64,000 nucleotides of DNA, from positions 80,600,001 to 80,664,000 of the forward strand of contig OZ024745.1 of NCBI GenBank assembly GCA_964016885.1, in the 5' to 3' direction. The position numbers were made by a program, and so were the translations under genes. How positions within the stretch are numbered: the stretch's first letter is position 1; each line of letters starts with the position of its first letter. The DNA is from Eledone cirrhosa. Its lineage: Eukaryota. This document shows, piece by piece, positions 13,626 to 25,489 of the stretch. The notes beneath the pieces were generated by a model, which worked only from the letters and a program-made list of their open reading frames with translations, was not told the origin of the DNA and ran no database searches.

Positions 13626-14214
13626 GCACTCTAGAAAGATGCAATGCCCCCAGTACACTCTGTAAGGTGGTTGGTGTTAGGAAGGGTATCCAGCCATAGA
13701 AACCATACCAAATATGTAATGTATCAATCAGCAAGATGAGATCTTTCTGACCTTTCTAATTATGGGCCATGACAACACTCTCTAACCATGCCAACATAGA
13801 CATCATCATCATCATCGTTTAACGTCCATGTTCCACGCTTGCATGGGTTTGGACGGGAGTTTTCCCACTTGAGGCAAGAGTGGTTGTCTTGCTCGCATAG
13901 GACTGTCTGGCGGGTTTTCTACAGCTGGATGCCCTTCCTAACACCAACCACATTTACAGTGTGGGGCTGGACAATGGACATTAAACGATGTTGATGATGA
14001 TAATGATGACGGGGTGGTGGTGGAGATGAAGATAATGGTGGTGGTAGTGGTGAGGTAATGATGATGATGATGATGATAACGAGGAAGAAGATGATGATGA
14101 TAACATTGAAGATGATGATGGTGATGATACTTATGTTTTACTACTTATTTGTTATTCTATCTTATGTATGTTTTCAACCATCATTTGTAATGACAACTAT
14201 TGCTGAGCAAAGAC

Positions 14215-14379
14215 AAAGTGGACACACATGTAATTAATATATCAGAGAGAGTGCACATACTTATAATATATGAGAGAGAGTGAACACACTTGTATATAAT
14301 ATATGAGAAAGAGTGAGAGGGAAAGATGACATACTTGTATATAATATATGAGAGAGTGAGAGAGGAAGAGTGCACATAC

Positions 14380-14411
<32 letters not shown>

Positions 14412-16400
14412 TTTACGTCCGCTCTTCCCTGCTTGCAAGGGTGGGACGGGTCTTATTCAGCACAGCATCTCTCCACTTGTCACGGTCCTTCGTCATCTCC
14501 ACCGTGAGCTTCAACGATCTGAGGTCTGTTCTCACCACCTCCGCCCATGTTTTTCGTGGTCTACCTCTACCACGTCTTCCTTCAACTGGCATTTCCTGGC
14601 ACTTCTTCACCCATCAGTCATCCTCCATGCGCATCACATGTCCATATCACCTCAGTCTCCTCTCCCGTACACTACATTCTATCCCTCTCAGTTTCTCTCT
14701 CAACACATTCATGCTGGGTTGTTCACGCACATCCAACGGAGCATGCTTGCCTCATTTCTCTCCAGCCGTTGCATATCCTCTGCAGTTGCTGCCCATGTCT
14801 CACTACCATGCAGCATCACGCTCCTCACACAGGCATCATATAACCGGCCTTTCGTACGCAGGGAGAAACCCTTCTTCGTCAGCAGAGGAAGCAGCTCCCT
14901 AAACTTCTTCCAACCCGTCCTTATTCTAGATACTATGGCCTCGGAACACCCCCCTCCCATGCTAATCTGATCTCCTAGGTACCGGAAGCTATCCACCACT
15001 TCTATAACACCCTCCTGCATTTGAAAAATGTGTCTATCAATGCGACTTCTACTGTCTAATTTCCCTGTACATCTACTGCATACATATTTCTCCCTACCTG
15101 TTAGTTTGCCTGCTATCCCGCTACATCTCTTGTGTACCCAGGATCTGCATTGTGTGTATTTTATAGAATTTATGCCAGTTCCTTTTCTGCATATCGAACA
15201 TGGCCATTTCCCTGACAGAATCAGAGTTTTGTTCTCTTTTCTACTCATCAACACTTTTGTCTTAGCTAGGTTCACTCTCAGTCCTCTTGCTTCCAACTGC
15301 TGTTTCCATAGCCAGAATTTATTCTCTAGCTCCTCTACTGATTCTGCTATAAGAACCAGATCGTCAGCATAGAGAAGTTCCCATGGACAGCCAGTCTTAA
15401 ACTCCTCTGTTATGGCTTGGAGGACTATAATGAACAAGAGCGGGCTGAGGACCGAACCCTGATGTACTCCTACTTGTATCTGGAATTCCTCACTAAACTC
15501 CATTCCTACTCTGACTTTACTGACAGTACCTCTGTACAAAGTTTGCACTGTCCTCACAAGCCATTCCTCAACACCTAATTTCCTTAGGGTCCACCAGATG
15601 ACAGATCGGGGTACCCTATCAAAGGCCTTCTCTAGGTCAACAAAGACTAAGTATAGTGGCTTATTTTTCTTTAAGAACCTCTCTTGCAATTGTCTCACCA
15701 AGAAGAGGGCATCTGTTGTACTCTCCCAGGCACAAAACCAAACTGCATCTCATCTAGTTTGACCCTTTCTCTAATTAGTTGTGATAATATCCTTTCTGCC
15801 ACTTTCATAACCTGATCCATCACTTGTATATAATATATATGTGAGGGAGAGAGAGGGTGAACACACTTGCATACAATATATATGAGAGAGAGTGGAGACA
15901 CACTTGTATACGATGTATGAGAGAGAGAGAGAGAGAGGACATACTTGTATATAATATATGAGAGGGAGAAAGAGGACATACTTGTATATAATATATGAGA
16001 GGGAGAAAGAGGACATACTTGTATATAATATATGAGAGGGAGAGAGAGGACATACTTGTATATAATATATGAGAGGGAGAGAGGACATACTTGTATATAA
16101 TATATGAGAGAGAGAGAGGACATACTTGTATATAATATATGAGAGGGAGAAAGAGGACATACTTGTATATAATATATGAGAGGGAGAGAGAACATACTTG
16201 TATATAATATATGAGAGGGAGAGAGAGGACATACTTGTATATAATATATGAGAGGCAGAGAGGACATACTTGTATATAATATATGAGAGAGAGAGAGGAC
16301 ATACTTGTATATAAAATATGAGAGAGAGAGGACATACTTGTATATAATATATGAGAGAAGGAGAGAGAGTGAGACATACTTGTATATGATATATGAGAGA
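14215..16400. repeat. About 35-bp minisatellite interrupted by an RTE insertion
   Basis: GAGAGAGGACATACTTGTATATAATATATGA(GA)n units at 14215-14381 and 15821-16400. Confidence 0.9.
14382..15820 (-). mobile_element. 5'-truncated RTE LINE (RT domain, frameshifted)
   Basis: ORF 14709-15701 has [21 protein letters not shown] and YADDL; the 3' tail is (GAT)n. Confidence 0.95.
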
Positions 16401-16638
16401 GAGAGAGAGAGAAGAAAAAAAAGAGAAAGTAACAGGATACTAGACTGACCATTTAAATGAATTAAAATGAAAAAATGTTCAGCCTTAAATTTCATTGTCA
16501 TGTTTCTGAAGCCTTGTCAACATTTTTTTCACTTTTGGTATCATTGATATTCTTTCAACTGAGATGCTTCAAGTTTTGAAGGGATATTTCCAATTTGGAT
16601 GATTGTATTTTTAAACTCAAATTACTAAGATTTCTTCA

Positions 16639-16677
16639 TCAGGGTTTAATCTTCAATTTGATTTCTCTTTGGCATTT
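16639..16677 (-). CDS. GRID2IP: Delphilin-like formin, last coding exon (KCQREIKLKIKP*)
   Basis: TTTTTTCACAG acceptor, phase 0 matching the preceding exon; a plausible end of the final FH2 helix. Confidence 0.65.
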   Translation of the reverse strand, partial: KCQREIKLKIKP

Positions 16678-17714
16678 CTGTGAAAAAATAAAGTTTTAAT
16701 TTGAATTCTTTATTAAAAAATAAAATTTAAATGATGATGAAGACGAAGATATATCATCATAATCATCATTTAACATCTTTCTTTTTCTGCTAGCAAGTGT
16801 TAGATGAGTCATCACACACTAAATCTTAATTCACACACTTAATTGGAGCTCTTGACCTCCCTGAGCTGCATCTGATTAACATATGTTACTGCCCTGTACA
16901 AAGTACATTGGATTCATTTTATCATGGCACCAACACTAGGGCAGCATCTCTCCACTTGTCATCTCCTCTGTGAGATTCAGTAATTTGAGATCACCACTCA
17001 CCACTTCCATTCAGGTTTTCCTTGATCTTTCTCTGTTGCAGATTCCCTTCACTCGGCACTTCTTCACCCAGTGGTCATCATCCATGCACATCACATGTCC
17101 ATTCCAACACAGTCACCTCACCTGCACACTACATCTGATTCCTCTTAGACCCAGTTTCTGCTTGAGGAGGGAGCCCTATGAGGTGGGGTGGGTAATTGTT
17201 GCAGCAGGTGTCTCTGACCATTCTCTGCAGAAATGCCTTTGCTATTTTGTTTGCAGCAGAGGCACTGCTCTGACTGAGGTGTAGTGTCTGTTGCTCCCCC
17301 TCTTGCTTTCTTTCATTGCTTGATCCTCATTTTTCTTTTCCTTTCCTTTTGTTCCCTTCCTTTTTTGTTCCTTTTGAGTGTGTTTTGTTTTTATTAGATA
17401 CTGCTCAATTATTTTGATATAATGTCAATGGTTTTTCATGACATTGTGAGATTTTGTATAATGAATATGTTTGTTTTTCATTTAACTTTGCTACAAATAC
17501 AGCTTATGTGCTTTTCTGTTTTCTTTTGTTATTAATTATACAGCGTAATTAATGAGTCTACATTATACGTGCTTAATGGAGGTATATATGAAAACATATA
17601 CGATATCTTTATGTACAATAAGCATATGAGAGGCGCGCTATAAATGTTTTAAGTGTGATCATATGTTACAGCTATCTCAGTAGCCGGAGGCATTCTCACC
17701 GGTTATTTTTTTTT

Positions 17715-18225
17715 GCAGCCTGTGGCATTCAAGACAATTTTTTAGGGGACTTGACAACAAAGTTCTTGTCATCGTTGGCGTCTCGCCTTACAGAAGTATG
17801 AAGTGATCATCTTGTTGAGGGTGCTTGGTTGTTCCAGTTCCTTAGTCTCGCCATCATCCGCGGTAATGCTATCAGTATGTTGGCTTGCCCCATAAAAGTA
17901 TTAGAGGGAAACTCCTGCATACCTTATGCGTATTATAGCTTATGTATAATATTTATAATGTATATGTATTTTACGTGTGTACGTATTTACGTATTGTCTA
18001 ATATGTGTATTTAACATGATCTAAAATTAAAAACATACACAGGAAGACTTTCGGATAGTTATTATCCATGAACATATCGTATATACTTTCATATACACCA
18101 TAAACCACGCCATGTCAGTGCTACCGCTAATATGCGTTTGTATTTATTTATAAGTGACGATGTTGTTCCAGCTCATCAGCCTCGCCATCACCCAAGGTAA
18201 CATTGTGAGCTTGCTGGCTTGCCTA
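17715..18225 (+). pseudogene. Two decayed 3' ends of a CRE-like (restriction-like endonuclease) non-LTR retrotransposon
   Basis: Translation QPVAF.T..FLSSLASRL..GAWLFQFLSLAIIRGNAISMLAC at 17715-17890, and LFQLISLAITQGNIVSLLAC at about 18163-18222. Confidence 0.6.
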
Positions 18226-19027
18226 AAAAATTATTAGAGGTTTCCCTGTGCTCCTCGCGATACTGATATCTTTTGCTTTGGAAGCGGCTCGTTTGTCCAG
18301 TCTTTCGCCTGCCTCTTGTATGTGGGCCTAGATGTGTGTATTACCTGCTTATGTGTTTTTTCTTTCTATTTTTTCCTTTGTATATATTATATTTGTTTGT
18401 GTTTTAGTTCTGTAAGCATTATATTACTATATTTTTTAAACAGCTGTGAATAAAACAGATTTATTTATATATAAACGGATATTTAAATGGGTTATATACG
18501 ATAGTAAAAGAACGTTTTAATATTAGTATATTATATTTCATGTATTCCTGTTATATACGTATGTAAGCATACCCTTATTATTGTCCCCAGAATTTATGTT
18601 AAAGCAAAACACTATCACAGAATAAATTGAAATACACAAGAAAGTAGGAGACGAGAATATGTTTTGAGGAGTAAAAAATACAAAAGGTAGCACACGCACT
18701 CACATAAACATATATTAAAAATAATTTTAGCATATTACAGATTTAAAAGCTCAATTTTGTGATCTAATTAATCATTTGGTAATATAATTATCAACAAAGT
18801 TTGCCGGCTATAAAGAAAACCAAGGCTATATCAGAAAATAATATTATAGATAATAGCTAAATGGCCAAAATAAGTAGTTTAATCTCGTACACTTATAAAT
18901 GTAAACAGAAACAAATCTAATTTATGAAACTAGGTCTAAAAGAAAAAATACCATAAAATTACAAATGTAAATAATTCAATTTAACATTAATAGTATTTAA
19001 AACAATTTTATAGGCCAATCCTATAAG

Positions 19028-19121
19028 GCCTCGGTAGCGCAGTAGGCAGCGCGTCAGTCTCATAATCAAATCGAAAAGTGGAGGAATCTGAAGGTCGTGA
19101 GTTCGATCCTCACCCGGGGCA
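19028..19121 (+). tRNA. Elongator tRNA-Met(CAT) with a 21-nt intron (19065-19085)
   Basis: Acceptor stem GCCTCGG/CCGGGGC-A, anticodon CAT at 19061-19063 and T-loop GTTCGATCC. The spliced length is 73 nt and closely matches metazoan eMet tRNA. A T6 terminator follows at 19124-19129. Confidence 0.95.
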
Positions 19122-19123
19122 GA

Positions 19124-19129
19124 TTTTTT
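19124..19129 (+). terminator. Pol III oligo-T terminator of tRNA-Met
   Basis: TTTTTT begins 2 nt after the discriminator base. Confidence 0.8.
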
Positions 19130-20289
19130 GATTATTTTCTTTTAAAAGATGAAGTTATTCTGTGGTTTGAATATAACATTCCGATGTATTTTCTTTCGTC
19201 TTTTTTCAAAATAAAACAAATTTTTTTTTGTGTGTTTTGAAGGTCATGTTTCAAAAACAATAGGAAAGACAAATTTCACGTCCAAACTCGAAGTCTCCGA
19301 GATTAACCTCAACCTCAGCTAACTAAAAATTTAAGAACAATTCCCTGCGATTTTGAAGCTCAGATTTGTTTAACCTTTTAGCATTTAAACAGCCAGAATT
19401 CTCTCACCTCATTCTGTTCAAACTGGCTGTAACCGGCCGCTGATACTGATGTTAAGGTGTTGTGCTCAAAATAAATAATATCAAAATCTCATAGATTCGA
19501 TATTGTGTGAGATAGTTATGTGAGGTGAGGCCTTTACCGTGAAAATATGATAGTAAATATAGAGTAATGTAAATGCTAATGGGCTAAAACAAAAAAAAAA
19601 CAGAAAAACAAATTTTAAAATGTATATTGTGTTGGACTGAAAATTTTAGTATAGTCCTCTTGAAATATTGACGGTTGTGCATGCGCACATATATTGGAAG
19701 TAACATTGGTATGAACTATGTGAGTCTTCTAAGAGGGTCATGGGAGAAGAGTCCCTAACACTCTTTCCAGTGGGTCCTGTCAGAAGCAACCATCTCCAAC
19801 TGATCTGTCTGAATCCTCATGTGAGACCAGCCAAGCTCACGGATGCTAGCCAACTTTTTGCTTGAGGTCTACTGTTAGGTCTTTGCTGGTTGGTTTTGCC
19901 TGTAAAATCTGTGTTTTTCGGGGCCACAGCATCTGACACAAGTCAAACGCTGTGCAGTGGAGTAAGAGATGGGAGACAAAACGTTAATTTATGGCAATTA
20001 AGCTAGAAGTACACATAGAATTTCATGTGATGTGAAGGGAAAAGTGTGGTGCCTCATATAGAACAAGAATCATGGAAAGGAAGAAAAAAAAGCGAGAAGA
20101 AGGTGTTAAAAAGTGTGTAAGCCATTGCAATAAATGGGGGGGGGGGAGATAACATGTTCGTCACATTAGTATTGAAAAACTTAAGAAAATTAACAATGAG
20201 AGGACAAGACAATGAACGGAAAACAATTTTTTGAGGAGAAACATTAAAATAATACTTTTTGAAAATAAAAATACAAATGAAGGACACAG

Positions 20290-20630
20290 AACTCCAGGGT
20301 CATTGGCTGTTGCGGTAGAATTTGGCTGTGTCAACTCCTACCAACAGTGCAACAAACTTCTGTTTATATACAGACATAATAAAAAAGGAACAAGATACAA
20401 CCTCCATCAAAGACCTAGTAACAACATAAGCATTCAGAACATAAGCTGGCGATGTCTGACTTTGAGAGAGATATATGCCGGCCTCCAATGCATAGCTATC
20501 GTTGTATGTAAAAGGAGAGTAAGATTTGCTGGCCACTGCAATGGACGACAGACCCACGTGGAGATCAATTGTTGAGTCGATTTTGGCTGAGGCCTCCGAA
20601 TGATGATGGTGATCAGAGGAAAAATCAAAC
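20290..20630 (+). pseudogene. Old non-LTR (RTE-group) 3' ORF remnant
   Basis: QNISWR..TLREIYAGL..KRRVRFAGHC motif. Confidence 0.55.
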
Positions 20631-20739
20631 AACAGAAGAATAAGTACCCCATATGTAAACCAGTAAAACTGATTCTCCTAACCTAGAAATTATCAACACA
20701 AAGTATCAACAAATAAAAGGCTATAAAGTTTGAACAGAA

Positions 20740-21386
20740 TTTCAAATGGGAATAATTTTTGAGGACAGGTCTCCTTCCACCAAAAATAGAAAACAACACC
20801 ACCCTTCAAGTAGAACTTGAAGACAAAGGCCCGATTGAACTGAAAGTAATTGATATATCCAACAAAAAATTAAATTGTTAGAAAATGGCCTAAAATTTAT
20901 GCCTACCCTGAAATCAAACCAAGCTGACCACATAAAAGACACAGAGGAATTTTGCTGAAAACTATGTTTCAGAGAAGTCTTCCAGAATGTCAAACATATT
21001 GTTTTTTGCAACAATCCCATCCAGATAGTAATTCCTTTCATAATTCTTTTCTGAGAAGATATGTGTGTGAACTTATCTTGTACATTGCATTTCTTTATTG
21101 CCTTCTTCCAGACACTTCTGTGTGTCTATACACTTTCCCTTGCCCTGCTCCTTTCTCAATCTCTTCTGTGTTTCAGCTGCCTATTACCCATCTCATGGAT
21201 TGACTCTCTGATGACAGCAGGCTGCTAGTCTCTGTCCTGTGGCACTTTTGCCCATCACAGACTTTGACAGCATTTTGCTGTTTTAACAGCTGTCCTAACG
21301 TTGAGTTTTTACATTTTTATATGAATTTTAATAAACTCTTTCCTCATCTTGACAAGAGACATCAATGTTTATTCATTTATATAAAT
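20740..21386 (+). mobile_element. Decayed, internally deleted Penelope-like element; related 3' segment at about 48697-48930(-)
   Basis: KLLENGLKFMPT..DTEEFC*KL resembles the PLE N-terminal LxKGLxFxPT..DxxxFxRxLR motif. Confidence 0.55.
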
Positions 21387-21517
21387 ATATATATATCTAC
21401 ATTTATATAAATGAATAAACATTGATGTCTCTTGTCAAGATGAGGAAAGAGTTTATTAAAATTCATATAAAAATGTAAAAACTCAACGTTAGGACAGCTG
21501 TTAAAACAGCAAAATGC
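21270..21517. repeat. Perfect inverted repeat, about 117-bp arms, 14-nt spacer
   Basis: 21270-21386 is the reverse complement of 21401-21517. Confidence 0.95.
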
Positions 21518-21632
21518 ACACACACACACATATATATATATATATACATACATATACACACACATATATATACATACATATACACACATACACATATGTG
21601 TGTGTGTGTGTGTGTATGTATATATATATATA

Positions 21633-23198
21633 TGTTGACTTGGAGAAAGCCTTTGACAGAGTCCCCCGCTCCATTATCTGGTGGGCTCTTAGAAAACTAG
21701 GTGTTGATGAACGGCTTGTGAGAGCTATACAAGCCATGTATAAAGAAACAGTCAGCAAGGTTAGAATTAACAACGAATATAGTGAAGAGTTTAGTGTTCT
21801 TAGCCCCCTACTATTTATTATTGCCCTTCAGGCTATAACAGAGGAGTTCAAGACCGGCTGCCCATGGAAACTCCTATATGCAAATGATCTAATGCTCATA
21901 GCTGAATCAATGGCTCAACTAGAGAAGAAATTCCAAACATGGAAGAATGGCCTAGAATTAAAAGGCCTTAAAGTTAACTTGTCTAAGACTAAAGTTCTAG
22001 TTTGTAGGAAGGAAAATAGGGCACCAGTCCCATCTGGGAAATGGCCATACTCAGTGTGTAGGAAAGGAGTAGGCAGAAACTCCATTTTATGTCCCAAATG
22101 CAAAGTATGGGTGCATAAAAGATGTGGGATCACAGGTAAGCTAACTAAGAATATAGATTTTATATGTGGCCGGTGCTCTGGTGCAATAAGTAGCAGCAAG
22201 TGCCCACAAAATACTAGCTCATTCCATTGCACAGATGGTTCTATAGAAACAGTGGACAGCTTCCGTTACCTGGGTGACAAAATCAGCAGTGGAGGAGGGT
22301 GCTCTGAAAGTACAGTAGCTAGAGTCAGAACGGGATGGAAAAAGTTCAGAGAGCTTATACCACTATTGGCCGCTAAAGAGTTCTCTCTAAAAATGAAAGG
22401 CAGGCTGTATGATGCCTGCATACGAACAGCAATGTTACATGGCAGTGAGACCTGGGCATTGTGTGCAGAGGATATACGCAGACTGGAGAGGAACGAAGCT
22501 TGCATGCTCCGCTGGATGTGTAATAGTAATATACGTGAACGGCAAAGCATAAACGAACTAAGGGAGAAATTAGGAATAAGAGGGATCAGATGTTGTTTAC
22601 TCGAGAGAAGACTACGTTGGTACGATCATGTGATGCGCATGAAAGATGACAGCTATATAAAAAAGTGCAGGGCGATAAAAATAGACGGTAGCCATGGAGT
22701 AGGCAGACCCAGAAAAACCTGTGATGACTTGATAAATTCCGACCTCACACACTTACACCTCTCCAAGACAATGTCACTGTCACTGGACCGAGATCTTTGG
22801 CACTACACAGTAATACAGAAGACTCGCTTTGCCTAAGTACAAAACGAAACCTACAGTCAGTAGGCACCTCTAACAAAAATACCCCCCCTCCCCCCTAAAT
22901 GTGAAGTTATGTTGGTACCATAACATCCAGTCCGAAACAAATGAGGCCGTGTAGGTGTCACGACAAAAAAACACGCAGTCCACGCTGTAATGTGGCCGTG
23001 TAGGTAACACGGTAAAAACTTCCCAGTCCACACTGTAAACGTGGTTGGTGTTAGGAAGGGCATCCAGCCGTAGAAAACCCGCCAGACAGTCCTATACGAG
23101 CGGGACAACAAATCTTGCCTCAAGTGGGAAAACTCCCGTCCAAACCCATGCAAGCGTGGAAGATGGACGTTAAACGATGATGATGATGATGACGATGA
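21633..23198 (+). mobile_element. 5'-truncated RTE LINE (defective RT)
   Basis: Contains DLEKAFDRV, a deletion of the GVHQG motif and YANDL instead of YADDL. Same family as 32352-35213; (GAT)n tail. Confidence 0.95.
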
Positions 23199-23464
23199 TA
23201 TATACATATATACTTTCATACAAAAGAAGACCATCACCTCAGTCAACCTCTGGAAATCACTACAATTTCAGTGCATTAAGGTTGATACTATTCATTCCTG
23301 TGAATATTGGGATGCAACAAAACAGGTAGTGACAAAAACAATTCAAATTGTGCTTTTCGGTAAATTAACATAAATAAAAACAAAAAAATATCCAAAGTGC
23401 ATCAACTGAAAAAAAAGGAGAGAATGGTATGCAAGGGCTTAGCTAAAGGAGAAAAAAAATATAT

Positions 23465-23930
23465 GTCATCTCCTCCTTGAGGTCAACATTTAACAGGTTA
23501 TCCCATGTTTTCTACAGGTTTCTTTGACTTTGAGTGCCCTGTTCTGCACTTCTTTATACAGCTGTCATCTTGCATATACATCACGTCTATAGTAATACAT
23601 TTGTCTTTCTTGTACACTGTATCTGATTCCTCTTATGCCAGTTTTTTCTCTCAATACATTAATGCTTTGTTGTTCATCCATCAGCACATAATCTCCTCGT
23701 TTCTTTCTAATCTTCACAAATCCTGGTGTTCAAGGCCCAATTTTCACTTCTGAGCAGCATCACAGACATCATACAAACTGTCTTTCCCCCTGAAAGAAAT
23801 ATTTTTGTAACCAACAGAGGTAGTAGCCCTCTGAACTTTTCCCATCCTGTTCTCACTTAGAACACTCCCTCCACTGCTAATTATATTCCCCAAGTAGCAG
23901 AAGTTATTAACTGAGAAATACTGATGCTGA
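23465..23930 (-). pseudogene. Decayed RTE 3' remnant
   Basis: NFCYLGNIISSGG and LYDVC remnants. Confidence 0.6.
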
Positions 23931-23956
23931 GATGTTAGAAATGTGAAATTTCTTAC

Positions 23957-24124
23957 CTCATACTTGTTTAAGAATTCTGCAAATATTCCAAATATTTGGT
24001 CTGTTGTTATCTTCACTTGATCCGCTTCACCAAAAAACTCTAAGGTAAGATGAAATTCTTCCACAGCTTTGTTTAAATCCTTAAATAAAATGTCGAGAGC
24101 CGAACCAGATTCAGAGAGAAATAT
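23957..24124 (-). CDS. GRID2IP: Delphilin-like formin FH2 exon (IFLSESGSALD..LEFFGE..TTDQIFGIFAEFLNKYE)
   Basis: FFGE..FGIFAEF matches the FH2 C-terminal motif; donor GAG|gtaag. The 5' boundary is inferred from a U12 branch site and homology (non-AG acceptor). Confidence 0.85.
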
Positions 24125-24959
24125 CGTAGAATGTTAAAGAATTTAGCTCTTAACATCCTGTACCACATGAAACTGCATTAAATAAACATTCTTGAAAAAT
24201 ACAAAACAACACTATGACATCATCAAATTAAAAATTATAGCCTTTACTTTAGTTTACAGCAAATGTTCACAACAATATTTCCACTAGTAAAGATACTACA
24301 AATTAACAAACTCGTTTTTAGATATTTTCTGCTAAATCATTAAAAGTTGCTAAAAGATAACATCTGCATTATGAATATTTTCAAACAATATGAGGAAATA
24401 GAAAATGCCATTCTACTTTTGGCACAAGGCACAATTATTCCGGTGCATTACTAGTGCTTTATTTTATCAACCCCATTAGGATGAAAGGTAAAGCTAATCT
24501 TGACGGGATTTGAACTCAGAACATAAAGGGCCATAACTCTACACTGCAAAGCATGGCGTTCAACCCTCTATCAATACTGCCAATCAACTGCCCTTTGTAT
24601 GTATAAACTATAATAATAATTGTTTCTACTTTAGGCACAAGGCCAGCAGTTACCCAGTACATTACTGGTACTTTATTTTATCGACCCTGTAAGGATGAAA
24701 GGCAAAGTTAACCTCGGCGGGATTTGAACTCAGACTGTAAAGGGACGTAACTATGCTAGAAAGCATGGCGTCCAACCCTCTACCGATACTGCCAAATCAC
24801 CGCAGTCTATAAACTATAATAATAATAAGCTGCAATAAGCACCCAGTCCACCCTGTATAATGATAGTGCTGGTACCATGATGAAAAAGTACCCAGTCTGC
24901 CCTGTTACATGGTCTTTCTGGTCAGCATTAGGAAGGGCACCCAACCATAGAAACCAAGC

Positions 24960-25425
24960 ACAGCGGAGCTAGAGTGGCACACTGTAGATTTGGGTGACAC
25001 AGTATGGCAATATGGAGCTAGGATGTCGCAGTATGACAATGGGGAGATAGACTGGAAAAATATGGCACTTCGGAGCTAGGGTGCCGCACTATGGCACAGC
25101 GGTGCTAGGGTGGCACACTATGGAATTTGGGAGCTTGAGTGACACAGTATGGAAATATGGAACTAGGATGTCGAAGTATGGCAATGGGGAGATAGAGTGG
25201 AAAAATATGGCACTGCGGAGCTAGGGTGCCACAGTATGGCACTACGGAGCTAAGGTGGCATACTTTGGAATTATGAAATTTGTGTGATACAGCATTGGCA
25301 ATATGGAGTTAGGATGGCGAAATGTGGCATTGGGGAGATAAGGTGGGAAAATATGGCACTTTGAAGTTAGGGTCCCACAGTATGGCACAACGGAGCTAGG
25401 GTGGCACACTATGGAACTGGGTAGC
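24960..25425. repeat. About 29-bp minisatellite with about 146-bp higher-order period
   Basis: TATGGCAC..GGAGCTAGGGTG.CACA monomers; the GGGGAGATA variant recurs at 25041, 25186 and 25332. Confidence 0.85.
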
Positions 25426-25489
25426 TAGTATATATAAATATATAATTGGTAGAATTGTTAGCATGTCAGATAAATATGGAGAAAGGGAG

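Noticed and set aside
17665-17705. Hammerhead-like layout on the - strand
   Set aside because: Core degenerate (CCGGUGA, GAGA) and no stem I.
21262-21296. Hairpin CAGC-atttt-GCTG plus palindrome ACAGCTGT resembling hammerhead stems II and III
   Set aside because: Neither CUGANGA nor GAAA is at the required positions, here or in the 48.8-kb copy.
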